Source: Eledone cirrhosa (Eukaryota). From it: DNA of 64,000 bases. Positions 12,459 to 26,145 of the stretch are shown one piece after another. Location of the stretch: assembly GCA_964016885.1 (NCBI GenBank), contig OZ024741.1, positions 372,434,001 to 372,498,000 on the forward strand, read 5' to 3'. Positions within the stretch are counted from its first letter, which is position 1; every line of letters begins with the position of its first letter. The notes below the pieces were generated by a model. It was not told the DNA's origin, searched no databases, and worked only from the letters and a program-made list of their open reading frames with translations. A program made the translations under genes and the position numbers.

Positions 12459-12984
12459 TTGTGGCAGAAAATAATATTGCTTATATGGAAGGGAACGAAA
12501 AGATAAAAATCTGGTAAGAATATGTTATCTAACCATGCAGATTGAAGAACACTTTAGAGAAGATGGGAGGAGCGATGTCTGTTATTTTCAGAGTATTAGT
12601 GATATAAGCAAAATTAAGTGAAGTTGTTCCAACATTAACCCAAGGAAAGCTGTCATCATCAACGGTGTTACAAACTTGTTGAAAATGTAAGACTCCAAAT
12701 CGTTTAATTATGTTGAAGATTTCTGTTATGTCTTCGGTGTCGTTCTATAGTTAAAAAATCGTAACATTCGAAAATATACTATGACAAGCAAAATAATTTG
12801 AAAGATTCTTTACTGGCGGTTTCTGTTAAGATGCAGCCATGTTGAGCATCACCTTTAAGGATTTGTTTCAGTTATAGCGATCGTAGTATTAATTTCTGTC
12901 TCATACTTATTTATCAAATGGCAAGCTGTAGCTTTTAATGTAAAAATACATGTGACAAAGAAGTTGATAGAGCCCCCACCCCCA

Positions 12985-13018
<34 letters not shown>

Positions 13019-13019
13019 C

Positions 13020-13326
13020 GAGCACGAATGACTATGGATTTTGCACCTAGAAAGTTCCCCTCTGAGGCACAAGGCTGGACAAGACCAGTAGTCACCCATG
13101 CATACCAGTCTCCCCTCTCCACGCCACCGATGTTGTCCAAGGGAAAGGCAATGTCCGATACAGCTTCGTACCAGTGACGTCGTAACTCAATTTTACAGCT
13201 GAGTAAATTGGAGCAACGTGAAATAAAGTGTTTTACTCAAGAACATCACACGGCTCGGTCCGGCAATCGACCTCACAACCTGACGTTTGTAAGCTCAACG
13301 TTCTAACCACTAAGCCATGCGCCATC
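13020..13326 (-). mobile_element. CORE-like tRNA-SINE
   Basis: ggagcaacgtgaaataaagtg body; head ggcgcatggcttagtggttaga on the minus strand. Confidence 0.7.
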
Positions 13327-13420
13327 ACATGTGACATAACTCAATACCTAAATACCATTAGCTATTCTTTTTCTTCAGTGCACCTATTTTACGCCGAAAA
13401 ATTTTTTTTTTTTTTTTGTA

Positions 13421-13740
13421 TGGTCCCGTAACTCTTGATAGAGTGGTAGGGGCGCCGTATTGACATACGGCGTTTCTTTGGGAATCTAAAACCTGGTGGA
13501 GCCCATCCCCCTCCAAGCCTGAGTACAGCAGATTTCTTCCAGAGAAGGATAGAAAGTGAGAGAGAGGAAATGAGAAAGAGATATAGAGGAAGACTCGACC
13601 CTAGTACTAGACTGGTACCCTTTTTTATCGACCTCGAAAGGATGAAAGGCAAAGTTGACTTCGGCGAGACTTGAACTCCGAGAGCAGAGAGTCGGAATGA
13701 ATACCACGAAGCATTCTAACAACTCTGCCAATTCGCCGCC
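13421..13740 (-). mobile_element. tRNA-SINE variant with alternative 3' tail
   Basis: Same head and body as the dominant SINE, then a CT-rich linker and tail ggaagaaatctgctgta...gagttacgggacca followed by poly(A); plus-strand copy at 61522-61810. Confidence 0.75.
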
Positions 13741-14153
13741 TTGTACACCGATATACACACCCTAAAACATATACACAATGGAGGGCGGGGAACTATTTTG
13801 TTGGGCGTGGTTGATTTTGACTTTTTCTTGCGTGGTATGGGCCTCCTGTGTGGGATTGAATTTAGATTTATCGATTATGTTTACTTGAATGCGTGGACAG
13901 CTTTGGCTTGATGTATATTTGTTTAGGTTCTAGACAAGGCAATTGGCGGTCTTAGATAGGTATATGTATTTCATACCTTAATACCGTGGGGACTGTTGTT
14001 TCATTTGTTAACTTCGTGGATTGGATGAGTGTAGATTAAAATCAATTGACGGTCTTAGTAACAAAATATTAAATAGATAAAAATGAATCCATTCAATCTG
14101 ATTTCCTGATTGTACACCCACCCACCGCCCGCCACATCGGTAATTGAAATAAT

Positions 14154-14590
14154 AATTGCTTCTACTTTAGGCACAAGGCCAGCAACTTGAAGGGGAGAGG
14201 AAAGTCGATTAAATCGACCACAGTGCATTACTGGTATTTTTATTTTATCGACCCCGTGAGGATGAAAGGCAAAGCTAACGTTGACGGGATTTGAACTCAG
14301 AACGTAATGGGCTGTAACTCTATACTGCAAAGCAGGCTGTCCGACGCTCTACCCATACTGCCAATCCCCAAGTTATTAACCAGAATGTTCACGTGATAAA
14401 GTAGCTCTCATTCTTTAAAAAAAAAAGAAGCCACTTATATTTACTTTTGACACTTGTTTCATTGAAGGGGGGAGTCGATTAAATCGACCCCAGTAATTAC
14501 TGGTCCTTTATTTTATCGATGCCGTAAGGATGAAAGGCAAAGCTAACCTCGGCTGGATTTGAACTCAGAACGTAAAGTGCCGTAACTCTA
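14154..14590 (-). mobile_element. Two tRNA-SINE copies
   Basis: 14154-14368 and about 14465-14590 match the family consensus. Confidence 0.8.
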
Positions 14591-15270
14591 AGAAGATGAT
14601 CGAATTGATAAGGAGTGAGACAATGTATCGAAAGGTCAGTGTGAAAAACACATAATTGTAAGGTAGCTTAGTTCATCAGAAGACTTGTTAAGTGGTACGT
14701 TAGTTTGGAGTGTTAACTTCAATTACGCCTAAAAGTGTTGCCAGATGAAGAGCTGAACCTCACTGATCTTATGTCGAAGTTAATATTGCTTGTCACATGT
14801 GGTAGGTATGTTTGTATGAACCTGTAACTCCCGATGGTGTGTCATGAGCATTTTTTGAAAACTAGAGAAACCCATCTTCTCTCAGGGTCTGAATATAGAC
14901 GATTTCTTTCAGAGAAGGCGAGAGAGGAGGGGAAAAATCGAACCTAGAACTAGACTGGTACGTATATTTATCGACTTTTAAGGCAAAGTTGACCTCGACG
15001 GGATTTGAACTCAGCGCAGGGAGCCAATTCACCACCTTTGTGGTAGGTACACCCATGATCATATAATGTGAAGTACTTCTTGACTCGATCAGCTTACTGT
15101 ACTAAAATACATTAATATTGATTTCTTATTTAGGCACAAGGCCAAGAAAAACATTTATATTAACATTGCAGATATACAAAAACATATCTATTTGATATTG
15201 ACTATAATTACAAATGATAGATGCTTTCTTTTTATTATACTTTACTCGGTTCAAGTTAACTTAAACATTA

Positions 15271-15450
15271 ATTGTTTCTACTTTTGGCACAAGGCCAGCA
15301 ATTACCCAGTGCATTACTGGTACTTTATTTTATCGACCCCGTAAGGATGAAAGGCAAAGTTAACCTTGGCAGGATTTGAACTCAGATCATAAAGGGCCAT
15401 AACTCTATGCGTCAAAGCATGGCGTCCGACCCTCTACCGATACTGCCAAT
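15271..15450 (-). mobile_element. tRNA-SINE with TSD aaacattaat
   Basis: TSD at 15263-15272 and 15451-15460. Confidence 0.9.
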
Positions 15451-15472
15451 CAAACATTAATGTTTTCTGATT

Positions 15473-15660
15473 TGGGCGGTGGATTAGCAGTATCGGTAGA
15501 GGGTCGGACGCCATGCTTTCCAGCATAGTTACGTCTCTTTACGATCTGAGTTCAAATCCCGCCGATGTTGACTTTGCCTTTCATCCTTACGGGGTCGATA
15601 AAATAAAGTACCAGTAATGCACTGGGTAATTGCTGGCCTTGTGCCTAAAGTAGAAACAAT
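15473..15660 (+). mobile_element. Full-length tRNA-SINE with TSD taatgttttctgattt
   Basis: TSD at 15457-15472 and 15661-15676. Confidence 0.9.
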
Positions 15661-16179
15661 TAATGTTTTCTGATTTACCTCCATTAATCCATATTGATAG
15701 AGAAACGGCTTGTCTTTCATTCAATGGTCCATAAGGAGCAGAAGAAGAAGAAGAAGAAGAAGAAGAAGAAGAAGAAGAAGAAGACAACGACGAAGAAGTA
15801 AGAGAGAGAAGTGAGAGAGAGAAGAAGAAGAAGAAGAAGAATTTAAGTAGAACGCCAGCAATTTAAGGTGTGTCACCAGATATTGTCACCAGCACTTGAC
15901 TGGTACTTTATTTTATCGACCCCCGAAAAGAGAAAAAAGGTAAAGTTGACCTCGGTCAGATTTGAATTCAGAACATAAAGAGCCGTAGCTAACTGCCATA
16001 AATACATTTTGTTGTTGTTGTTCCGATGTTTTAAAGATATTGCCGATCCACCGCCATACCATGTGCATTAATTATAAATACTTATATTTATGTGTGTAAG
16101 TGTGACAATAAGAACATATCTATATACTGTGTGTTCACATTTGTACGACTTTCTCATGGTCTATATGTATTTGCTTATG

Positions 16180-16808
16180 TACGTATATATACCTATTTGC
16201 TTACGTGCGTATATATACCTATTTGCGTGATTGTGTACGTATATATACCTATTTGCGTGATTATGTGTATATATATACCTATTTGCTTATGTACGTATAT
16301 ATACCTATTTGCGTGATTATGTGTGTATATATATATACCTATTTGCGTGTTTATGTGTGTATATATACCTATTTGTGTGATTATGTGTATATATATATCC
16401 CTTTTTGCCTGATTATGTGTGTATATATATATACCTATTTACGTGATTATGTGTGTATATATATATACCTATTTACGTGATTATGTGTGTATATATGTAT
16501 ACCTATTTATGTGATTATGTATATATATATATATAACTATTTATGTGATTATGTGTATATATATATATACCTATTTACGTGATTATGTGTGTATATACGT
16601 GTATACCTATTTACGTGATTACGTGTGTATATATATACCTTTTTACGTGATTATGTGTATACCTATTTACGTGATTATATGTGTATATATATATACCTAT
16701 TTACGTGATTATGTGTGTATATATATACCTTTTTACGTGATTATGTGTGTATATATACCTATTTACATGATTATGTGTGTATATATATACCTATTTACGT
16801 GATTATTT
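16180..16808. repeat. Minisatellite, about 30-34 bp unit (TA)n-CCTATTTACGTGATTATGTG
   Basis: About 19 tandem units with variable internal TA/TG length. Confidence 0.9.
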
Positions 16809-16854
16809 ACGGTTGCGTAGATGTATGATCATTAACGTTTATAACTGCACATGT

Positions 16855-18315
<1,461 letters not shown>

Positions 18316-18643
18316 AAAATTAATGAGTGACGTTAATGAGACTGTAATGAGTCATTAAACATATCCCATAAGGCCAGTCGACACGTGATCTAAGTACTTA
18401 CATCAGCAGACGAACACTGAAACTCCGACATACGGAAAGGGAAGCTCAATAACAACAACAGCTCAACCTTTAACGACGGCGCGCGTTAACACATGTCTAT
18501 CGCATGATCTGTGAATGTGTGTCTACATATAAGTCGAGTGCATGTGTTTTAACTCTATACCTCCCGTATCCTTTTTTTTTCTCTTTCTTTCACACACATT
18601 AAATATTACTTGACACCATCTTCTAATTCGATCTCAACTTTCA

Positions 18644-18702
<59 letters not shown>
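18644..18702. repeat. (TATC)n microsatellite, 5' flank of Tx1 copy 1
   Basis: About 14 TCTA units directly before the element. Confidence 0.95.
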
Positions 18703-18934
18703 ATAATCTAGCTGTCGTCTGTTCTACAGTGTGGATGTAATTCACTTCGCACAGAAGTTTTGTTCAAATTTATTGAGGAAATTTTGTGAGTTCAAACTTA
18801 ATTTTGATACAATTGTGTAGCTTGACCCTCCGTCTGAACTGTCAGGCGGTGGGTCAGCTCATCTTTACCCCTCCTAGAGGTGAAAAACCTGTTTTAAAAA
18901 ATTTTGTGTAAAAAATTTCAATCGTCTAACAGAA

Positions 18935-20836
18935 ATGTTAAACGCAGCGAACGAAAATAGTGGTGGGGGGACAGCGGTAAGAGTTGTAAGCTCGCACGCT
19001 TTAGTCCCCCCCCCTTCCTTCCCAACTAACGTCATAGAGAAGGAAGGAAAAATTAAAATAAAAACAGACGAATCTGCGGAGAAAAAAAATGACGAAAACA
19101 CAAATATGGACATGGATTCCAACAACGGAAAAAAAAAATTTGAAAAATTGCATGACAATACTAATAACACAAACAAAGACACAACAAACACAAAAATAAC
19201 ATTTGAAAATAACACCATAACAGAAAGCAAAGCAGACGACAAGATTTCATTTGCACAGAAAACAAAGAAATCTTTGACTTATATAGCGGAAAATATTTCA
19301 GATGTGGCACGAAGGATCACAGACGCCAAACAATACATAAGTGAAGGAGAGAATGGTATTTTATCGGTAAAAATGCCTCAAGAATTCACCAAAGACATTG
19401 AAAGCCGAACGGTCAAGTTTCGGACCATCAACAACAGTACAAAAAAACCTGAACAGCCTTCTCAAGCAGATATCAAAACAGTACTCACAGAAGTACTTAA
19501 TGAAACCACTTTCATAAGAAAAGACAGACTGTATGGAAGCCTAGCAATTATCATGAAGAACGAATCGGCGGCAAAAAAATGTGCTTTGTCACCGATTCGT
19601 TCGAAAAATGTTACCTTTTATCCATCTTATATGGGTAAAAGAACTCAACGCATATGGCTGGATGCAATGATGCCAGATGTGGACTACTGCTGGCTCATAG
19701 CTGGCTTCATCGATCCAGTGAATGACAACGTGATTTCCATTGGGAAAACCACAGGCAATGCGTTCAGTGGAACAGGTATAGAGCTGGTAGTGCAAATGAA
19801 GCCTGAACGCATCGCCCAAATACCCGACAGAATCCTATTAGAGGACCACGGGTATATAAACATTAGCGTGGAGGGGAGAAGGCCGTCCTGCCATATCTGT
19901 GCAGGCAGAGGGCACCTGAAGGCCGCTTGTCCCCAACTCAACAAAAAGAAAACCCTGCTACCAACACCAGCTCCACCCCCCCCACCACAACAGATAAACA
20001 AACAACAAAACTCAGTCCCACCCAACCCGTCCCTCAGTAAAACCACACCACCACCACAACACAAACAGTCACAACACATTACCCCAAAACAAAATACAGG
20101 CCCACCCAACCTCTCACTCAATAAAACAACACAACCACCGCAGACACAACACACAACACAGTCTAACATAGTGACATCCATCTCCCCCACAAAGAAAACC
20201 AACACGGAAACATTACCAGCAAACATACCTCTTCCCTCCAACACTGAAGATAACCCAACGAATTCGGAGGAAGAAACGGAGTCCTTCAGACAGATTAAAA
20301 GTAAAAAAAGAAAACATGTGCAAAACACACAAGGCCAAACAACCCCCACCCAAATCTCAACACAATCCAACAAAACAGAAAACACCCCTCCAGCAACAAA
20401 CAAAACCAAACCTGCCCCTCCCCTCTTCGAAACACTCACACCATCCGAAAAAAAGACATTACACTATACTTACATCAACAGAAACAATAATAAATTAAAT
20501 GAACTCATATACAATAATCCTTCGGTACAAACCGAAGGGGTAAACTTTGTTTCCTCAGAAAACTACCCACATTTAAAACTAATAAAGATCCCAATGAACC
20601 TCTACCAAAAACTAAAAAAGGATTTTAAGGAGGACGTAGGACCACCCTCTGTCAAACCCATAAACCGCGTCCTACTAAAAAGCTTTCCCCCTCCCCTTCC
20701 CCTCCCCAACACAACTCCAAACACCCCAACCCCACCACACACTGACGACCCCACACCACCACAAGACACCCCTTCACCCAACACCCCCGACCCCATGGAA
20801 GTCGTGCAACCCGAACCCCGGGAAGCGGAAAGGTAG
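18935..20836 (+). CDS. Tx1-like ORF1 protein with zinc knuckle
   Basis: Intact 633-aa ORF; CHICAGRGHLKAAC knuckle; Pro/Thr-rich linker; homologues at 24329 and 31767. Confidence 0.85.
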   Translation: MLNAANENSGGGTAVRVVSSHALVPPPSFPTNVIEKEGKIKIKTDESAEKKNDENTNMDMDSNNGKKKFEKLHDNTNNTNKDTTNTKITFENNTITESKADDKISFAQKTKKSLTYIAENISDVARRITDAKQYISEGENGILSVKMPQEFTKDIESRTVKFRTINNSTKKPEQPSQADIKTVLTEVLNETTFIRKDRLYGSLAIIMKNESAAKKCALSPIRSKNVTFYPSYMGKRTQRIWLDAMMPDVDYCWLIAGFIDPVNDNVISIGKTTGNAFSGTGIELVVQMKPERIAQIPDRILLEDHGYINISVEGRRPSCHICAGRGHLKAACPQLNKKKTLLPTPAPPPPPQQINKQQNSVPPNPSLSKTTPPPQHKQSQHITPKQNTGPPNLSLNKTTQPPQTQHTTQSNIVTSISPTKKTNTETLPANIPLPSNTEDNPTNSEEETESFRQIKSKKRKHVQNTQGQTTPTQISTQSNKTENTPPATNKTKPAPPLFETLTPSEKKTLHYTYINRNNNKLNELIYNNPSVQTEGVNFVSSENYPHLKLIKIPMNLYQKLKKDFKEDVGPPSVKPINRVLLKSFPPPLPLPNTTPNTPTPPHTDDPTPPQDTPSPNTPDPMEVVQPEPREAER

Positions 20837-20869
20837 GTCTCTACACTCTCCTTTGGCTCTGCCGCCCAC

Positions 20870-23800
20870 ATGGATGTGTTAAGAGTAGGATGTTTGAATG
20901 CACGTGGCCTGGGCTCAACTTGGAAGCAAGCAAAGCTTCTAAATGACCTCAGGTCATGTAGTATAAATGTAATGGTTATCTGTGAGACTCGAATCAGCGT
21001 CGTGCGGCAGCTGGCCCCCACCTTCGATGACTTTGAGGTGCATGCATCTCTCTGTCAACCTGGAGGTGGGGATGGGGTTGTCGTACTGTTGCAAAAACGC
21101 CTGGGTCTTGCCGTACAGGTTGTGCACTCGGACCCGGAGGGTCGTTTGTTGGTGCTAGACGTTGGCAGTAGTGAAAGTGCGGCCTTGAGACTGGTCGCCG
21201 TCTACTCCCCTTTCGGAGCTGAACGGCCCGACTTCTTCCAGCGTTTGGAGACTTTTCTGGGAACGTCGCGTTCCCTGCTTCTAGCGGGGGATTGGAATGA
21301 CATCCTAGATGCACGTTGGGACTATGCAGGAGCATGTCCTAATAGAGGGGGGTGTAACAGCCTCAAGGGGTTACTCGACCGTTTTAACTTGGTCGATAGA
21401 TATCGACTAGATTTTCCAACTGTGCCTACCTGGACTTGGAGAAACCACAGTGGTCAATCTAGATCGTACTTAGATAGATTCTTAATTAGAAGTAAGGATA
21501 GGGACATATTAAGCTGTCCAGAAATGCGCACGGTTGGCTACACGGATCACAAATTAGTGACCTGCGTAGTCAATCTCGAGAAAACACATAAACAGGGTCC
21601 CGGTTACTGGAAACTTAATTTGTCTTTACCGGCAAAAGAGACTTACAGAAACCGGATTAGCAGATTAGTTAAGGAGAGGTTGACGGGTGCAATCGTCAAC
21701 AACCGATGGTGGGCATCTCTCAAAAGAGAGATTAGAACAGAATCAATAAGTTATAGCAAGATGTTAGCTGCCGATAGGAATAGAAACGAGAAAGAATTAA
21801 CAGGTAAATTAGAAGAGGCAATCAAGAGCGAAGATGTGGCCAGAGTGCTGGCATCGAGGACGGCCTTGAACCAGTTTTTCGATGCAAAGCACGAAGGCTG
21901 CGTCATTCGAAGTAAAATACGTGCTCTAGGTAATGAGGGGGCCAAAGCCGTTGGCTGGGCCCGCGTGACAGAAGCTAAGAGTGGAAATCGATCCACCATC
22001 CGGTCGTTGCAAGACGAAGATGGACGGGTGATCCGGGAGCCTAAGCAGATGTGCGAGGCCTTTCAAAGACACTTTGCCCGATTGTTCGGGGGAGGCGGGG
22101 GTCCGGGCGGGGGCGTGGATTTCGGTCCATACCTCGACGGCCTGCCGCGTCTCTCGAGCGAAGAGGCAGAGTCCTGCGAGGGACCAATCTCGGCTGATGA
22201 GATCGGAGATGCGCTGAGCCAATGATACAGACGCAAATCTCCAGGTCTCGATGGTATACCTTACGAACTTTATTTAGCAATGCCGGTCTTCTTCTCCGAA
22301 CTCCTCGAAGCGGTCTACTGCAATTGGCAGCAGAACGGGAGAATTCCTTGTTCTGTAGCCAAGGGCGTAGTCACGCTGGTGAGGAAGGACGAGAACAAGG
22401 GGGATAGTATAAATAATTTTCGGCCCATAACCCTGCTAAACACAGAGTTAAAGATTTTGGCCAAGGTGTTATCAAAGAGGTTGGCGCTTGTCGTGGGTGG
22501 CCTGGTGGGAGATGCGCAGACATGTGCTATCCCATCCAGGTCCATTCACGATAACCTCCACCTCATGCGATACATCATAGAGAGGGTTGGCAACAAACCC
22601 GGCTTCGGTGGGGCCCTGATCAACTTGGATCAGTCTAAGGCCTTCGATAGAGTCGACCATGGTTACCTGGATGCGGTGCTAGCGGCGGCTGGGTTCGGTC
22701 CTGTTTTCAGAGGCTGGATAACTGCCTTACATAGCAACCACATCTGTTCTAGGATCAAGGTGAACGGCTACCTTTCGAAGCCGTTCGAAATCACACGAGC
22801 CATTCGACAGGGGTGCCCTCTCTCCTCCCTTCTGTACGTATTGACTCTCGAGCCTTTACTGAGGAAGTTGGAGTTGTTGCAGGGTATCCCCCTGGAACCA
22901 GGATTGAGCAAAGCGGTGTCGGCCTACGCCGATGACGTAACAGTAATGGTATCGACCGACTCGGAGATCGAGGCGATCGGTACCTTACTGGAGGAATACG
23001 AAAGGTTGTCAGGAGCGAAACTGAACCGGGAAAAATCCATCGGACTGCAACTCGGTATTCCTCACTGGTCAACCGGTGTGGGCTCCGTTCGTGAAACGAG
23101 CCTTTCCGAGACTCGTCTCGCTCACCGAGCTACAGTCCTGGGTCAAGCAAAGATCCGGAAAACTGGGAGACTGGCACACTGAGTGTGCTCAGGCGCTCAG
23201 GGCTCTCTGGCAAGCGGGCCAGGCCATCGGTGGAGAATCCACCTCATCATTCTATAGAGGGCTGGTGGCTAGCAGGGGCGATGACACCCTTGGAGAGTCG
23301 CTGGACATGGAAGAAGACGAACTGGCCAGCCTGTTCGGTAGGACTTTCGGCCCAGGACCAATGGACAACTTCCAGAAGTCACTGGCCTGGCAGTGCTACC
23401 GGGGGGCTCTACCCGTTCGAGAGAGGCTCTACAGACACGGGCGCCCGGGCAGGGATCCCTCAAAAAAGATTTGCCCTAGATGCGTGCGTCAGGAAGAAAC
23501 CGTTGCGCACGCATTGGTGCAATGTCCGGGCGTGGCTGATCTGTGGGGCTACGCCGAACGACTGCTGTCGCGTGTGGCGCCGATTAAATTGACCGCCGAG
23601 TTCGTGATGACAATCAAACCGCCTCCCCTCTTCACAAAGGAAGCAAAGGCGGTTTTTCTGTGCGTAATAGCCATGTTGAAAGAGGTTGTTTGGTGGACAC
23701 GATTGAAAGGTCTGAGGTCAGGCAACTTCCTCTCTGGCCATAGTCTGGTCTACTTCTTCCGATATCACTTCGGAAGAAGGATAAGAATGGAGAGAGAGGT

Positions 23801-23888
23801 GCTTGGCCACAGGCAGTTTTATGAAAGGTGGGTGATAGTGGCGAGAATGGCTCGTGTAAATGGGCCTTCTCTGTATACCATCCTGTAG
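20870..23888 (+). pseudogene. ORF2 (APE endonuclease-RT-zinc finger), disrupted
   Basis: LNARGL, GDWN, SYLDRF, DHKLV, RPITLLN, KAFDRV, RQGCPLS, YADD and CPRC..H..C motifs; frameshift near 22225 and a deletion of about 420 bp at 23055 relative to copy 2. Confidence 0.93.
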
Positions 23889-24328
23889 GTAAAGAAGTAA
23901 AGGAGAGGGGAGCACCTTCTCCATGTGCTCCCCGGGCAAAGGATTGCACACTTTTTCGGGGGTGTGTGCAACCCCCATCACGTCCCCTCCCTTTTGAGGT
24001 TATTTTCGATTATTTTCATGTTACACCCTTTTTACTCGATTATATGTAAACTCCCCCTTTGTATTTGTCCCTTCTTTTTATGCCTTTATGGTAAATAAAG
24101 AAATCTATCTATCTATCTATCTATCTTGATAGAGTAAGACACGCTTCACATCGGCTCCGCTATTCCATCGGGATTTACCCTTACTATTGTAAGTACCGGA
24201 TAAATTTTTCAGTGCAACACATTTGGAACACTAACCCCTGTTATTTAGGGAAACATTTTTGCATTTACCCCCTTTTTAGGGGGTAAAATAAATATCTAAT
24301 TTTGCCGAAAAATTTCGTTCTTGGCAGC

Positions 24329-26114
24329 ATGGCGGAAAAGATGGCAGACATGTCTGCCATTAGCTCTGCCACGTCCCCCAAGTCTGAAGAACAAAAAATA
24401 ATTACAACAAAATTAGACAACGAAACAAACAAAGAAAATGAAAAAACAAATGTTAAGGAAAATGAGCAAACGGAGAACAAACAAACAGAAAATAATACAA
24501 ATAACAACAGGGCAACTTTCGCCCAGAAAACAAAACAATCCATTACATACACACCAATTGACCTAACGGCCGCCAGAGAAAAACTGGCCGAAGCAAAGAA
24601 ACACATTGTTTTGGGGGAAAATGGAATGTTTTCCATTAACTCCCCCCCAGAATTCAAGAAAGCGAGAACAGAGAACACAGTTCTCTTCAGAACAATCCTA
24701 AACGAAACAAGAAAGCCAGCACAGCCCAGCCAAATGGAGATAGAGTTGGTCCTAAAAGACTATATGAAGAATATTCTCTTCATACGAAAGGACCGACTCT
24801 ATGGCAGCATTTCAGTCGTAACAAAAGACAAGGAAACGGCGGAAAGCTTTCCATAAGCCCACTCTCATCGACAACATACAGCTTCTATCCCTCCTACATG
24901 GGTAGAAGAACACAGAGAGTAAAAATACAAACAATGCTGCCCACAATGGACTTCTGGTGGGCTATTGCTGGCTTCATAGACATGGGCGAGGACACAGTGC
25001 TGTCAATGGGGAAGGCATCCGGAGATGCGTTCCTGGGAATGGGCCTCGACCTACTAGTCCAAATGAGGCCCGAAAGAATAGCACAAATCCCGGATCGCAT
25101 CTGGCTGGATGAGCTCACCCCAATAGATATAATTGTAGAGGGGAGAAGACCAGCATGCTATTTATGCATGGAAAGGGGACACATTAAGGCTAACTGCCCG
25201 AAACGTGTCCCCCAAAAAGGACTATTGCCCACACCCACCTCAAACAGTACACCAACACCACCTACCTCCAAAAATACACTAATACCACACACAGCAAACA
25301 AAATACAAACACCACCAAGCACATCACCACCACCAGCAGCAAACACAAGCTCGACACAAAAATCACCACCACCATCACCAACACAAACACCATCACCACC
25401 ATTACCAACCACAAGCACGACACAAACAGCACCACCACCACCACCACAAAACGCATTCCAAACAAATAATAAAAAAAACAGCAACAAATCTACCCCTCCC
25501 GCAAAAAAAAAACAACCAGACACGACGTCCCTCCCACCTAGCGCTGAAGAGTTTCCCCCAACTTCTGAAGAAGAAGGAGGAGAAGCCTTCAGACAAGTTA
25601 AAAGAAAAAAAAGAAAGCACACACCCAGCACACCACAAATAACCCACACACAAACACCAACTCCAATAAAAAACACCCCACCCTCAACAAACAAAAATAA
25701 ATCTGCGCCTCCCCTCTCCGAAACATTGACAGCATCACAAAAAAAGACGTTGCAATACACATATATAAATAAAGAAAACAAAAAACTGGTTAAATTAATA
25801 AACAATAACCCTATGGTGCAGACCGAAGGGCCAAACTTTATCTCAACAGAGAACTTCACCCATTTAAAAATGATAAAGGTCCCTCTGGACCTTTATCGTT
25901 CCTTAAAAGAACAATTTAGACGGGACGTGAGCCCCTCCCTGTTTAAAACCGTTGAATCGCGTCCTCTTGAAAGATTTCCCCATAACCGCCCCTCTCCCTG
26001 ACACAACTCCAAATACCCCAACCCCACCACACATGTGTACCCCCACACCACCACAAAACATCCCTCCACCCAACACACCTGATGCCATGGAAATTACGCA
26101 ACCCGGAGAGGTAG
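24329..26114 (+). pseudogene. ORF1 of copy 2, frameshifted
   Basis: Pieces 24329-24856, 24898-26001 and 25952-26114; knuckle CYLCMERGHIKANC. Confidence 0.85.
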
Positions 26115-26145
26115 GTGCTTTTCTTTCTTCACTTTCAACACCAAA

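Larger units (their letters stand above)
18703..24103 (+). mobile_element. Tx1/L1-clade LINE copy 1 (near full length)
   Basis: 5' UTR, ORF1, ORF2 (APE-RT-CCHC), and a 3' UTR ending AATAAAGAAA followed by (TCTA)n. Confidence 0.93.

Noticed and set aside
16180-16808. CRISPR-like repeat/spacer appearance
   Set aside because: The intervening sequences are TA/TG slippage variants rather than unique spacers; there are no cas genes and the context is eukaryotic.
18318-18540. TAAT-rich unique segment as an enhancer
   Set aside because: Short motifs are expected by chance in AT-rich DNA and no comparative evidence is available.
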